From Auanema rhodensis (lineage: Eukaryota; Animalia; Nematoda), in assembly GCA_964057225.1 (NCBI GenBank), contig OZ059894.1, positions 15,066,001 to 15,130,000 of the forward strand: DNA of 64,000 nt, given 5' to 3'. A program made the position numbers and the translations under genes. The notes beneath the pieces were generated by a model, which worked only from the letters and a program-made list of their open reading frames with translations, made no database searches and had not been told where the DNA came from. Every line of letters begins with the position of its first letter. Position 1 is the stretch's first letter. Shown here piece by piece: positions 26,901 to 40,522 of this stretch.

Positions 26901-29900
26901 TTTCTATTATCGTAACTTACATATACTTAGATTTAAACAGATTTCTTCTTAAATATTAAAAAGAAATACTATCTTCTATACATATAATATATACTCTTCT
27001 CTTCAAATAATATAAAAGTTTTCGTGGAAACTGAACAATAACTGGTTAGAATAGGCTCACACATTTGCCCATGAATGAGCACAGCAGTTTTTTCTGCAAC
27101 ATTTTCAAGATTCGGACTGTTCTTCCGGATACAAACCGGAATCTGAAATATTGACACTTGGGCGACGCTTGGCTCTTCTCACGTCCCTGGGGTTTCAGAA
27201 ATCATAGAGCTTCACACACAAGACGGCTAGAACCTGCCTGCTATTGCTCAAAGCTCACAGTGAAAAAATTTCTTGTTACTTTCTTTTCAGAAAGAAACAT
27301 TAATTTTTTATATTTTATACTATTATTTTCTTGAAATATAAGTACAACTATGTATTTTAAGATAAAAATAAGTTTCAATTGTACTCAATCATATACCATC
27401 TCCCCCATCCTCTCCGAACAAATTGTTTTCTCTTTCCGACAAAAAAAAAGTTCTTTTCTCTCTTTTTTTTTGTTTAAAAAACGTTCTTATAGCTGTCTTT
27501 AACTTCACTTTTCCTATAGATCTTTCCTTTAAAAAAAAACAAAACGTGATTATTTGCTCACATCCTAAAGAGTACTTCAATTCTCACGTAAATTATTTTC
27601 TTTAAAGTTAGTCTTAAGTTCAAATAAGGTTTGTAAAAAAAAAGTTCGTGAAACAAGACGGTGGGGAATTCCCTATACTACCTAATTTCTATTCAAAAGA
27701 TCAACGTGATGTTAGAATAGAAGTGAAAATATCTTCTGTGAATCAATTTAAGAAATATTTTTTGACCTTTTCTTTGCTTATTCGGTAAAGAACTATATTT
27801 GCAAATAGAAAAATATAAACTTGTCATGTAATCTTCTAACTTCATTTGTCTGTTTTCCTTTCTTACACGCTTGTGGACCTTAGCACCACTTCAATATCAG
27901 AATAAACTACTTATTTCACTTTGTTGTAGCTATTTCTCATCGAAAATAAACCGTTTTAGGATGATTCTAAGACTTTTAACTGTTTATTTCTTCGTTATAT
28001 CAGTCAATTCTCATGGTGATTCAAATGGTCGAGGATTCAAATTTCTTGGCAGTGAATTTTGGCCCAAACATTTTGTGGAAAAATGTGCTGAAGCAGAAGA
28101 AAACCCAAATGAGAATACAATTAGTTCAGGTTGTGTCTTTCATAAAAACAAGTACGAAAGAAGAAAATGAATGTTTTAGACTTGTTATGTTATACATATC
28201 ATGTAAATCTTGAAACTGTTAACGTTGAAATATTCAGTAGACAACCTCTATTACTTGTTTATCGAAATTTCGCTAAAGATTATGAACGAAACTTATTCAT
28301 CGACGATATTCAGAAGCATGTTCTTGAATATCAGGTATGATAAAGCATATTAACAACATCAAGCCCAAGCTGTTATAGAATGTTGTTGATGATGATAAAG
28401 GAATTATTGCATCCAACTCAAGATTAGCTAATGGTACTTGGCTTACACATGAGCAGACAGAAGGTTCAGCATTACTTTATAGAAAAGCAGTTCGATTGAT
28501 TCCATCAATCAACTTTGAATCAGCTGAATTGTGGCAAGTAAGTTATAAGTATATATAGACGAAAGTAGAAAAGCTCATATTTATAGGCTTTATCTTACAG
28601 CTCAGGCGGACATTATGCTCCACATTATGATTTTCTTGAATATGAAAAAGAATCTGATTATGACTTTTGGATGCAACATTATGGAAATAGATTTGCAACC
28701 TTTCTCGTAATTCTGAAAACTGCTGATGTTGGTGGAGGTGTGTAAGCATCTACTTCAATCTTGATACACAATTCACCTTAGGCACAACATTTCCTTTAAT
28801 ATCAACAACAGTTCGTCCATCACCTGGAGATGCAATGCTTTGGCTAAACATGACACCTGAAGGCCAAGGAGTATATCATATTCAGTTAATCATAGAAACT
28901 ATTTTTTCAATTTAGGATAAAACATCTTTGCATGGAGCATGTCCTATTGTACAAGGAAATAAAATTGCTGCCACTTTATGGATTCGTGAACGAGGGCAAG
29001 AACTACGAACTAAACAACAAAATCCTATGAAGCATGACATTGATCCATTTATCAAGCCAGATGTGTATGCTAGTCAGCATTTCATGTAACATCTTGCTTT
29101 ATAAGCAAGTTATGATTGTAAATATAATTGTTGGGTTTTCCACTGGTAATGTTTCAATTTTTATGAAACTTCGTTGTTTTTTTTTCAAAAATTACATTTT
29201 GAAGCTGAACAAATGTCAATCGTATGGAACGACATGTCTAAGGTCATATTTAAGTTTTTAAATAAAAGCTTTTTATATTTTGTTTTAAATATATACGTAA
29301 GCGTACCATTTGGACAGCATACAGTAGTTTCTTTTGTTTCACCAACGTGACACCAATGCTTATCTGGACATGTTTGAGTTGCTGAGCATGTTATTACTTT
29401 TACCTAAAACATTATTTTGTCTGTGGTTGGTTATCATTGTGTTATGAGTACCGTGTGACGAATTGAATTAAATGTAATTGGACAAGGATTAATTTGAATT
29501 GGACATAGACGTTCGCATTCTTCCAAATTCAGGAAGTTATTCTAAAGAATAGTGAATTGAGACTCATTGAATGAGCAGAAAAGCATACCGCGTTTCCTTT
29601 CAAGCCGCGGTATGAGAACTCTTCGCATTGTCGAGTAGCAGCATTGAAATACCATCTGAAAACAGACTTTCTCTTAAGATTTTATCTTAGCTATGTGTTT
29701 ACCTAGAAAGCTGAAGAGGTCCTTCTCCTTCCGATACAGCATTCATACAGGGATCGGTGCGTCCTGGACAGCACATGGTAGTAGCTTGATCAGGTCCTGG
29801 ATGACACCAGTGAGTCAATGGACAAGAATTCTGATTGTTAGGATCACATGTTTGAGGTCTTCTGTTAGGTAGAAGATATGGTTCTCCAGATGGACAAGCA

Positions 29901-32900
29901 TTAACCCAAACCGGACAAGTCTTTTCACAACCTTCACGAAGTTCGAAATTATTTTGGTTTCCACCAAGTCCTTTGTAGGTAAACGGCTGACATTGACGTG
30001 TTTGTTGATTGTAGAACCATCTTCCGATAGATTGAGTACCGTGACCTTCTTTTACATGTAAAGCACATCTATCTTCCGATTCAGAAGGACAGCACACAGT
30101 AGTTGAATCATCATATCCAAGATGGCAATAATATCCTTCAGTACATCTAGCTAAGTGATGGCAGTGGAACGGCTTTTGGTCGATTCCAAGTAATGGCTGG
30201 CCGATGGAGCAAGGATTAACCCAGACTGGACAGGTAGACTAAATACAGAAAAAGATAAAATAGTTTTCAATAGTGATATCGAACTTCGCAGGCTTCTTTG
30301 GTTAAGAAGTTATTTGTATTTCCTTTGGCTCCCAAATAATTGAAAGCCAAGCACTTTCTTTGACTGGCCTCATAGTAAAATCGAGTTAAAGCAGCTGATC
30401 CTTCTCCCTTATTCATAATTTCTTCACAAGGGCTGTTACCTAAATAAGTAAACTTATATTTTATATTTGATTTCTTTTTTTCTCAAAAAAAGCATAACGC
30501 ATGCTGCACAGCAGATAAAAACAACAAAATAATTTGTAATTGACACTCAAAAATAAAAAAATTTTTTGTACACTCCTTCTTTTAATATTTTTAATTTGAA
30601 AAAAGTCAAAAGAAAAAAACAAACTGTGAGAGATTATTTAATGTGAATCAAGTACATGCAGAGTGCAAGTTTAGACTTTCAAAAAATAAAAGAATCTAAG
30701 GTTAATTTGAAATTATTTACAAAATAAAAAACAAATTAAGGTTTTAAATCAAGAAACATCAAACAGATTATATGTGTAAACTTAGAAATTGCAAACCAGT
30801 AGACACGACACCAACACCATCATGCGACTCACCGTTTCGACAACTTTTGACACAACTTTTCCCTTGAACCCATAATCATTCCAAATTTGATATTACACAT
30901 TCACATTCATCCACCACCGTATCATATCATGCTTTATTTTTCTTTTAACTTTAATGCTGAAAGTATACTGTAACCAGCCCTGAGGTAGGGATTAGATCAT
31001 GCGATTAAATGAATGATATGTTATAACATATATGGAACATGCTAGGAATGTAACTCATTATGATTTGTGTACCGTTTTTCATTTTCATTTTATTTTCCAT
31101 ATAAGACTCTTTGATCATATTTGATTCAATTGAATTCAATAGATTATATCAAACCTTAAACATACCAAGAGCTTGACAGCATACTGATGTTGGAACGTCA
31201 GCACCAACATGACAGTAATATCCTCCAGGACAGACTCCGGGGTTTGAAGCTGAGCATTGTACGGTGATTCCTTGTGAGCGATATGGTGTTCCAACACGGC
31301 AAGGATTAACTAATTACAGTTGAAGATGAAACAATAATCTAGATGGAGCTATAACATACCAAGACATGAGTTTTCACATTCCTGCTTAGAAAGGAAGTTA
31401 TTTTCGTTTCCTTGAAGACCCTTGTATACACAACTTTGACACTGTTGAGACAAGGGATTGAAGTACCATCTGAAAATGAGCTTTTTTGAAAATGCTTGAA
31501 ACTAGATTTGCCTTTGAATATTAGCATTTCCAACTCCGATGTTGAGAGGTTGTTGGCAACGATCGACAGCAGCTGAAATACGGATGATTAGATCATCAGA
31601 ATAGAATGAACTCTTGTTACATGGCTTTGGACAACAGACAGTAGTCTGAGTATTAGCTCCAATGTGGCAGTAATATCCAACTCCGCATGTGTTAATTCCA
31701 GGACTACATTGTGTTAATGGTCCATTAGTAGCGACAGCACAGGGGTTTGGAGTTTCTAAAATAATTTAATAATTTATGTAATGAAATTTTATAATTGAAT
31801 TAATGAAATGTTTTATAATCAGGTTATATCAACAAATTTAATCAAAAAAAATGTTTTTTTTCCTGAAGATATAACCTTAAGAAAACATTTCTTCATGCAC
31901 CATATCCCAATTGCAGTAAATGTAAAGTACTGCCAACACCGTTTTGTATAAAATATAGTATATAACCCGTTTTGTTAACAGAATGTATAAAAGTTTAGAT
32001 TGTTAGTTATATACTATTGATGCGTATAACATGCTATACATCTAGAAGCCACAGCAAGAAGGAAAAACCCGAAGAATTGCTTTAGCATAAGTATTTGTCA
32101 GAACCTGGACATTGAGCTTGGCATTCGGCTAAATCAGCGAAGTTGTTTCGGTTTCCTCCAGATCCAAAGTAAATGAATTTTTCGCAGATCTTCGTTTCTT
32201 TGTTAAAGAAGTATCGGTTCAGTTGCACTGCTCCAACTCCTTGCTCTTTGTTCTGACCGCATGGATCGACTGAAAGGCACGCACACAAGGGTAAAAGCTT
32301 TAAGGGATGATTAAAACATTTTGAGGAGATAAGCTTTAAAATGGTTCGCATAGCGATATATTCTGAAGCTTTAGGCTTTAGGAAATAAGAAGATTTCAAG
32401 AAAATATAAGCAAGGAGGATGGAAAAGGCAAAGGCGTGTACATCATCAACTATAAGCTAGTGATTCCGTGAAGCAGCTGAAGCTATTTGAAGCTTCTTAA
32501 CGCCACCTGGTAAACTAGGAATCAGAGTCGGAGTTGATGTAGAACTCATTGTGGAAGAATCCAACGATGGAATCGGGTGTAGAGGTTGTTGTTGCGTCGA
32601 AGACGGTTGAACACTGATGATAACGGTAGTCTTACTTATTCCACCACATTTACTTTGACATTGTTGTTCAGAGTCGAACACATTACCATAGCCACCAAAT
32701 CCTTGATAAAGGAATGGTCGACATGTTTTGGTTGACATGTCAAAGTAAAATCGTGGAAGAAGATAGTTACCGTATCCAGTGGAATATGGACGCAAACAAC
32801 AACTACAGGCTGGCAGCTGTGATCCAGAATTAGAAAGAGAGGAAATAGCAGGAGAAGATAATGGGCCGTATAAGGTTGTATATTGTACAGCAGAGGTAGA

Positions 32901-34715
32901 AACTAAAAGTTATGAAATGAATATAAAGTATTGAATAAATACTGTTTGTGTATGTGTTTCTGGCAAATAATAATTACAAATAAAATTGTAAAAAGAGGAA
33001 GAATTGTTAATTCTGAAAGCAATATTTTTGATTTTGAATGGTATATGGGATTAGAACACAACACGACACAAAAACAAAGTCTCACACTAATATAGATGAA
33101 TATACATATGTAAAGTTTGAGTTTAGAAGATGATAAAACATTTGAAAACTATTTTCAATACACGCAAAAAGAGAAATTATTCAAAAAATATAGAAATTAA
33201 ATGTTACCTTCACAGACAGTTTGACAACTTTGGAAAGTTTGGAAATTATTTCCATTTCCGCAACATCCAGACCAATAGAAAAGTTCACATCGTCCTCTGG
33301 CTGGATTGAAATACCTTAATATCATTTATATAATAAGTTTCATGTGGTTTATATTGTGCTTTATACCATCTGGGAATCCGGTATGGTCCGGTACCAATAG
33401 CTTGAGGTTGACTACACGATTGTCCTGTAGGCTGTTGACGAACAGCAGCACCTACAGATAATTATAAAATAATAATTAGAATATTAAAAGTATAATAATA
33501 TTCTTAATTTAAACCATTTTTTCTATTAAATAAATAATAATATTCTATACTAGTATGAGGTTCTTGATTAGCATATTCTTTACTATTTCATTATTTCACT
33601 TTTTTTGTAGCGAATCGGTTGTACTTTCTTATTTCCTTAAACTTATTGCAAAGATAATCTTCTTTTTTTTTTAATTTCAGGGACTACACTCTTCATGAAA
33701 AAAACTGGAAAAGTGATACGAAGATAATTATTTGACGTCATATCTATTGTTTAAGAAGCTGTCTATATTTGAGCTAACGTTGACATTTGGACAGACGGAA
33801 GCGGACATAGAACTGACCAAAACCAGATAAATAAATTGGCAAGGAGTCAATAATCGTCTAATAATCCAAGTATGTTAAAAATATTTTTTTGGTTGAAGGT
33901 TTACGGGCGAAGTACTAGATTATTGTAGGCTAATCGTTGTTCCTGTTGTGTAAGCACAGTATAAGTCGAAGTTAAGGTTTTTGTAAACTTAACGATGTAC
34001 GTATAAGTAAGACGATTACTAAAGTTGTTAAGTAAATGTATGCATTAGCTGACAGTACTTAGCAGCTGTAATGCAATCAGTCAATCAATTGAGAAAAGAT
34101 GTCAGAGTCACTAGCAAATTTGTACTTTTGACTTCTTTTCATAAGCAAGTTATGATTTTTATTCATTTTTCCATCATTTTTTGAAAAATATAATGAAAAA
34201 GATGAAGATCACTGATGATGATTGTTTTATACTTAACGACAACTTGAGAGTGGAACAAAACGGTCAAATCTACACAAAACGAACTTGAGTTTTAAAATGT
34301 ACTAAACCTTTTTTCTACAAGTTTACTTAAGCTTTTATGTCGGAAATTCATTGTTTTCCCAATGATCACACTTAGTGAGATTTTTAGAAGATGTTTTAAA
34401 TATACGAATTAGCTTGTAATCCTATTATTTGTAATAATTTGAATAATAACATACTTGGTTGAAGATATTGGTGAAAGGTATATCCGCCGGTGGGTGGCTG
34501 AGGATGCATAACAGAGTCCGAATGTAAACTACCATTTGTCTGAAAAAACAAATTACCAAATTCCAATTAGATAGAAGCGAAGTTGCTACTGTGGTTGTGA
34601 TTTTTACCTTTTCGGGTCCAAATAAAATTGATTTCATAGCATTTACAAAACCCTCATCATCAGCTACAGTAAGAGCTGTGCACAATAATAGAAGACCGCA
34701 CCACCGCGGCAACAT
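17966..34715 (-). CDS. Large secreted protein of alternating Kunitz/BPTI and Cys-rich (Lustrin/WR1-type) repeats, probably an extracellular-matrix protein
   Basis: Signal peptide [18 protein letters not shown]. Many exons encode R[WYF]YY..C..F.Y.G..GN.NNF....C...C alternating with NPC..G....C.....C....WCH.G....TVCCP. Terminal exon [27 protein letters not shown]. Confidence 0.93.
24959..26515 (+). CDS. phy-4: Short prolyl 4-hydroxylase alpha subunit, copy 1 (phy-4-like), nested antisense in an intron
   Basis: Signal peptide; [23 protein letters not shown]; RMANSTWV; [18 protein letters not shown] (HxD); [11 protein letters not shown]; [21 protein letters not shown] (distal His and 2OG-binding Lys). 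No long N-terminal TPR domain. Symbol assigned by recall. Confidence 0.85.
26622..26655. repeat. Perfect 34-bp palindrome
   Basis: GTAATAATAATCCTATTAATAGGATTATTATTAC is its own reverse complement. Confidence 0.9.
27961..29089 (+). CDS. phy-4: Short prolyl 4-hydroxylase alpha subunit, copy 2 (phy-4-like), nested antisense in the same intron
   Basis: Signal peptide; [22 protein letters not shown]; RLANGTWL; [17 protein letters not shown]; [11 protein letters not shown]; GGGTTFP; [26 protein letters not shown]. Symbol assigned by recall. Confidence 0.87.
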
Positions 34716-36711
34716 ATCTAAAGGATTGAACTAATCAAAAACAGAATCTAAGACACGAGAATGTGATAGAATGACGAAGACAAAAATGTTAAAATGTTGA
34801 CGTCAAATCGTCAAACAGCTAAAAGACAAATCAAAAAGTTGAGTCAGAAGAGATCCGGCTAGACCGGATTATCGGCGTCAAAACGGAGATGGCGTTTGTG
34901 GTGGTTAGCGATATGGTGAAGGTGGACGTTGTGGTCGAAGCTGTGAAGGCATTATTCGAGACTAGCTATACAAATACGATACGACAAAAGCAGTTCTCTG
35001 AGCCCGGAAAGATGTTTTAGAAACTGAATGTATTGTCCTGGAGAATATGCAGCACTGTGGATAAGGAAAGTTAAAACTAGATGTTGAGATGAGCAAGAAT
35101 CTCACTATCATCGGATAACAACAGATAGATCATAGAACTGTAATCCGATAACGAAGTGTGAGAAATAGGTATGTTAGAAGTATTATAGATAGTACTCAAA
35201 CTGTTTTATTCGAAGACCGGAAGTATAAATAAGCTTTCATGTTTGAACTTTATCATGCTTTTCACTAAGGGCTCGTGGGAAATAAGAAAGGTGAATATTT
35301 ATGAAGACGGAAGTAAAAATGTATGATTTGCTTGAAGCTAGTTAACATTGTAATCATGGAGAAATTTACGATGCGGAACAAACAACCGGTAAGTTTATTG
35401 ACATATTCTTTTTTAAGAATATTATGATTCAGAAAGCTTGAAAACAGACTGTAATCACTATAGCTTACGGTAATTTGTGATGATTCATTATCAAAACTTC
35501 TTCTTCATACCATGTTTCGAAAAAAAATGACGTCATAGAGACAAGTGTTTGAAGAAAAGGTTTACAATTGAAAAAAATTGAAACTAGTCTATCTGGCTGC
35601 TTGATGACTCTTCTTTTCTTTTCTGATTCTTCCGTCGTCATAATTGCTACCAATCAATGCCATACTTACTCTTGCTTTGTTGCAGCTTTGGCTCTAAGAG
35701 CTTTGTGTAAGCATGCTTCGATGAGGTAGATGTGAATAATGAAGCTTTGACATGATGACAGCTTGTGATGGAACAGGATGAAGAGCTCGAAGAGAGCTGG
35801 GCATCGGACTGTTTGACGAAACGAAGAAGAGGGAAGGAACATGTCTTGAGAAAAGCCGTAGGCTGATTGCACAAACAGAATAAACGAGACAAGGATACGA
35901 GATGGAAAAGATGAGTACAAGATATCAAAAACTGTGACCAATAATCAGATGGAGCTATAAGATATGGTTTAGAACTTTGAAGCATGAAGCCACAGATGAA
36001 TACAAGAATACCATAAAACTTCATTGTCCTGGTTTAGAAAACGAAAATCTCAATATTGTCATTGAAACCTGCACGATTTTTTAAATTTTAATAGAGCACT
36101 ATTGTGACAATAGAATGTTAAAAGCCGTTTTGGAAATAAGGAGCATTTGTGCTGGATCTAAAAGCTTCTTTGTAGAAGGCAAGCGATCGTAGAAATTTGA
36201 GATGATGAGCTGAAGACTGCGTTCGGAAGCCGAAAAGAAAAGAAATCGAGCAAGGAGAACAACAGAAAAATGAACAGACAAGTCAATGGGAAGAGAGCAG
36301 AAAATCATAAAGAGCAAAAAATGAAAACACTGACATTCTTTTTGTTTTGAGCAATTATCATTCAGCTTTTAAAGAAATGTATTGATTTAGAGACAAACTT
36401 CTGTCTCGTTTCACGAGTAATCTGAGCAGAAGAAAAAAGATTAAAATGTTCAAAATGTTGCAGTTCGATCAAGAACTATCTTATGAGCCATACGTGAGCA
36501 AGAATGAAGGCAATACATTAGTGGTTGTCGGCATTTGTTCAGATAATTCAACAGGCAGATCTCTTCAGAAGTGAAGGAAGAGACAACTATGAGGACGAAG
36601 AACGAAGCAGTCGATGGATGGGCCATTCAACAGCCTTATGCTGAACAGAGTGATGACGAGGAGAGCCATAGCATGGGTGTGGGAGAGAATGTACCATGGA
36701 AGAGAGGTGGG

Positions 36712-36719
36712 AACCGGTT
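36712..36719. promoter_or_regulatory. Grainyhead-consensus site AACCGGTT upstream of the Kunitz-repeat gene
   Basis: Exact palindromic consensus in a GC-enriched noncoding island, with related CCGG-core sites nearby. Function not shown. Confidence 0.3.
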
Positions 36720-39700
36720 CTAGGCATTTCTGAAGCCGTGCTGACCAGCAGTGCGTCTACCATCAAGCTTCACCTCGCTGCTTCTCCTCGCCCTCCACCC
36801 CCACTCCTCCCTCCCTTTCCTCTCGTTTTTCATTTTCTTTAAAACTCTTCTCTGTATTGCCGGCTCGCTCATGATCAGGCGGATAGCAGCTTCTGAAGTG
36901 TCTGGACAAGATGGGAAGAAATTTGGAAAATGAGGACCTTTTCCGGAAAAGAAATCGTGAAAATGAAGAACAAGCCGTTGATTCGATGAAGATGGCCGAA
37001 CGGCTGGCAAGCACCATTCCTGGACAAACAGTAGCTTAAAACGATGAAGAAGCGCACTCAGCTCATCGTTTTTCTGGCCGTAAAGGGAAAGTTCTATCGT
37101 CAGAAGACAACTGCCATATTTGATGAAACAGAAGGAAATTTGCTCAACACCAAACAGTTTAAAGTTTTTCGTGATTTTTTTTCTCAAACTCCTTCAGCTT
37201 CTGGTCTGCGCAAACCGCATTAGAAAGAATATCCTAGAACCAACGCAAAGTGTAGAAAAAAAATTCTAAAGTAAGAATAAGAAAAATGAATGAGCATTAT
37301 AACTGTCTAACAAAGTTCGTCTTAAAAAAGCGGAGTAGAATAAAAATTTCGAAACAGCTTAGCATTCTATCAACTCAGCATAACAATCTGATATTGAAAA
37401 GCCAAAAAATATAAGATATCAATATAATTAATAGTACTAAAAATGCTACAACGAAAAGATCTTTATATTGTTTTCTATAAGAATCTCAGATTTCAATGTT
37501 GGCTTGTTCTCGGACTGTTTGTCTGTTTCTTCGACACCCAATGAACTAAAGAAGATGATGCAGCTTGTTACACTTGAGCTCTAGCTTTTACTTTAAAGAA
37601 CAATGAACAACTTTCAATGCCAATGCGGATACTTCCATAGTACATTCAAAACGTTTTTTTATTTCTGTCAAAGAGTGAAATACAAATGTGTATTTCCGTG
37701 TACAACTTAGGAATTGTTTAATTTAGAGCATAAAAACGTGTAAGAATGGCACAACGTGTAGCTCTGTCTGTACTGAGCTATTTTGCTCCCGAACTTTCTT
37801 TTACACAGAAAGATGAACAATAAAATCTTCAATATTCTTTGCTTAAATTCGAAACTTTAAGTAATGTGATAAAGGTGCATTTCATGTTGAAATCTAACCT
37901 CAATTTGAGGTCAACTCATGCATCTGTTTACTCTTCGGTGCTGTAATTCGAAATGTAAGCAACGACACACCCTCAAGGATTATACAAAAGAGTGATGAAG
38001 AGCACAGACAAGAGGGGTCAGATCAATGGCCAACAGACGCATTTATTCGGATTCTCTTTTGAAGATTAGAAATGCTCAAGCGGAACTATCATCATCAGCC
38101 ATGAAACTACATGCGTTCTGAAATGACTATGATTCTCTTGTGTTGTCTTGGTCAAATTTTCAACATCGTGTACTATGTTTGCTCAAACTTTTCTTGTCCA
38201 CTAGTCATTCTCTAAGATAGACTACGTTTCACATACATAGATATACATAGGCAAAAAAGAGTTCAGTTTCATCGAATCCGATTGTTTAGATTCCACCAAA
38301 AATAGAAAGATGGGTTTGGCTGTTGTGAATAAGATTAAATATATGTTTATGCTTAAATCACATCTTAAACAAGAAAAAAAGGTTAAAACTGTGGTAAAAA
38401 AAAGAAAAATGTGTGAATCAAATTTTGAAAAATAACAGCTGAAAGACAATTTTTTTTAATTATTTCAAAAAACAACCGTTCATTTTCAACGTAGATCATA
38501 TAATGAGAATAAACCTTTTAGCATAACAGGATGATAGTGCATTACGTGAAAATTATTTTCACGTAAACTGCTAGTAGGATATAAGAAAACAAAATGGGAG
38601 CAAATTTTAAAGAAAGATACGAAATAAGTTGATTCGATAAAGCTCTCAGCAATTTCAAAGTATCCGAACTCCTTTTACGTTATCATATCATATTTGTTAG
38701 CTAAAATGGATACTACGTCACTAGGTTAATCGCCTGGTGACAATGACGACGTTTTGCCACTTGAAAATGGAATAACGATGTGGAGAGTATATATAAATAA
38801 GGAACTGTATTGACATTAAACCCTTGTACACTCTTATGAAGCAACATTGCTTATAAACATAATGAAAACAGATTAATGAAAAAAAATAAAATAATATATT
38901 TCCGTGATTAAGCTTCTCTCTCTCACCTCGAGATCAAGCTGAAGTTTGAATTACGGTTCTTCGCAGTTGACAAAGATTAAGTATTTAAATTAAAAGGATT
39001 AAGTTCTAAGCTACAGAAAATAAAAGAAAGAAAGCATTGAGTAGAACATTAGAATATTGTAAATAGTTGAATTATTTGAAAAGTAAATCATTCAGTATCA
39101 TCATACAAATAAATTCTTTATTCCATTTGTTAAGTTGAATACATCGAATAGATAGATTGAATATCGTATAAGATACTGAATGAAGAAAGAGAAAGAGAAA
39201 ATGGAAAAGAAAAATTGCAAAGAAGCGGAAGGCGTAGGCAACCCAGCTATAGAGACTTCGAAGTAAATGACGATGTGTCACTAATCCGTCGTGTTGCTCT
39301 AGATGAATAGACTCAAGTTTACCTATCCAACTTGACCAGCCCAGCTTCTTTCTTTTCTTCTCTATCTCTCAACTATTACCGTACTCTACTATTTCTTTCC
39401 TTCTTTCGTTGTATTAGACGTTGACTTTTCTCGGTTACTCTCCTCCCAGTTCGGTCAAGTCCAAAATCACTAGTTAGGAAAGTGAACGGTCAGATAGCGA
39501 CAGTTAGTTCGATAAAAAGCAGAGCAATAAGTCAAGAAAGGACTTCCGGCCTGTCAAAAAGAGCATAGGCATTCTATCTACTTGTCCAACTATCCGTCCT
39601 TTTCAAAGTTTCCTACTCCATATTTCTTTTGCTCCGTTTACCATTTTTACTCTCTTACATGACAGTGAATACAGGAACGTGACTTGATCGTGAGCAAATC

Positions 39701-40522
39701 TATTACCTATCATAGAAAAACCTGATGGAATTTACGCATTTACACTTTTTGTATTTCTCTATTCCATTTCTGCAGAAAAAGTCAGATAAACTTCTATTGA
39801 TGACGGAAATGAAATTTCGTTTCAATTGAATACGATGATCAGCAAAGGTTTCATAATACTTTCATTTTCCGGTTTCAGCTATTCCGCTCATTTCTCGAGA
39901 ATCTGCTCCTTGTTTTTCCGAAACTTTTTCCTGATGCTCTCAGAACCATCTTCAGGTTCTCCAGCCACTTTTTCATGTTTGCGGCGTCAAACAAGCATGT
40001 GATATTGAAGACATCATATCGTGAATGAAGCTATGATTCGACTCAGAGCGGCAAAAGTCTTGACGTATTTTTCTTTCACAAATTGAATGAAATACCAATA
40101 TAAATGTAAATAGTATACCGAAATATCTAAAATATGCCAACAAAGGCAGAGAGTATCCCACGATATCAAACCTATAGTACTATCCAGTGCTATGAGAACT
40201 TTTTTTTTGAACTACTCAGAATTGTTGAGGAAATATGCTTAATAGAACAAAAAGCATTAATGCTATATTCTGTTTTAAAACGACTATTCTTCCACTTGGT
40301 GACGTTAGTCAAAGCATGAAAGCTGATGTTGGAGAACAGCGGAGTTCGCAAGCCGTTGAGTGGTCAGTGAAGGTAAACAGTCACAATGAAATCACAAAGA
40401 TAATGAACAGTAGCACTGTGCTTCATCCATTACAGTGAATGAGATATTCAGAGCGTAAACAACTGAAAAATAAAAGCATTTTTCTAAACTTTACATAATC
40501 TTAGGTGTCTGAAGTGATATAT

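Noticed and set aside
30832-30956. Exon-like segment in a Kunitz-gene intron (TTTCAG..ACG|GTGAGT)
   Set aside because: Stops in the required frame and no domain similarity. A poison exon cannot be supported without RNA data.
35647-37187. Several 60-155 aa ORFs upstream of the Kunitz gene
   Set aside because: Overlapping in several frames, no motifs or coherent splice sites; better explained as GC-richer regulatory DNA.
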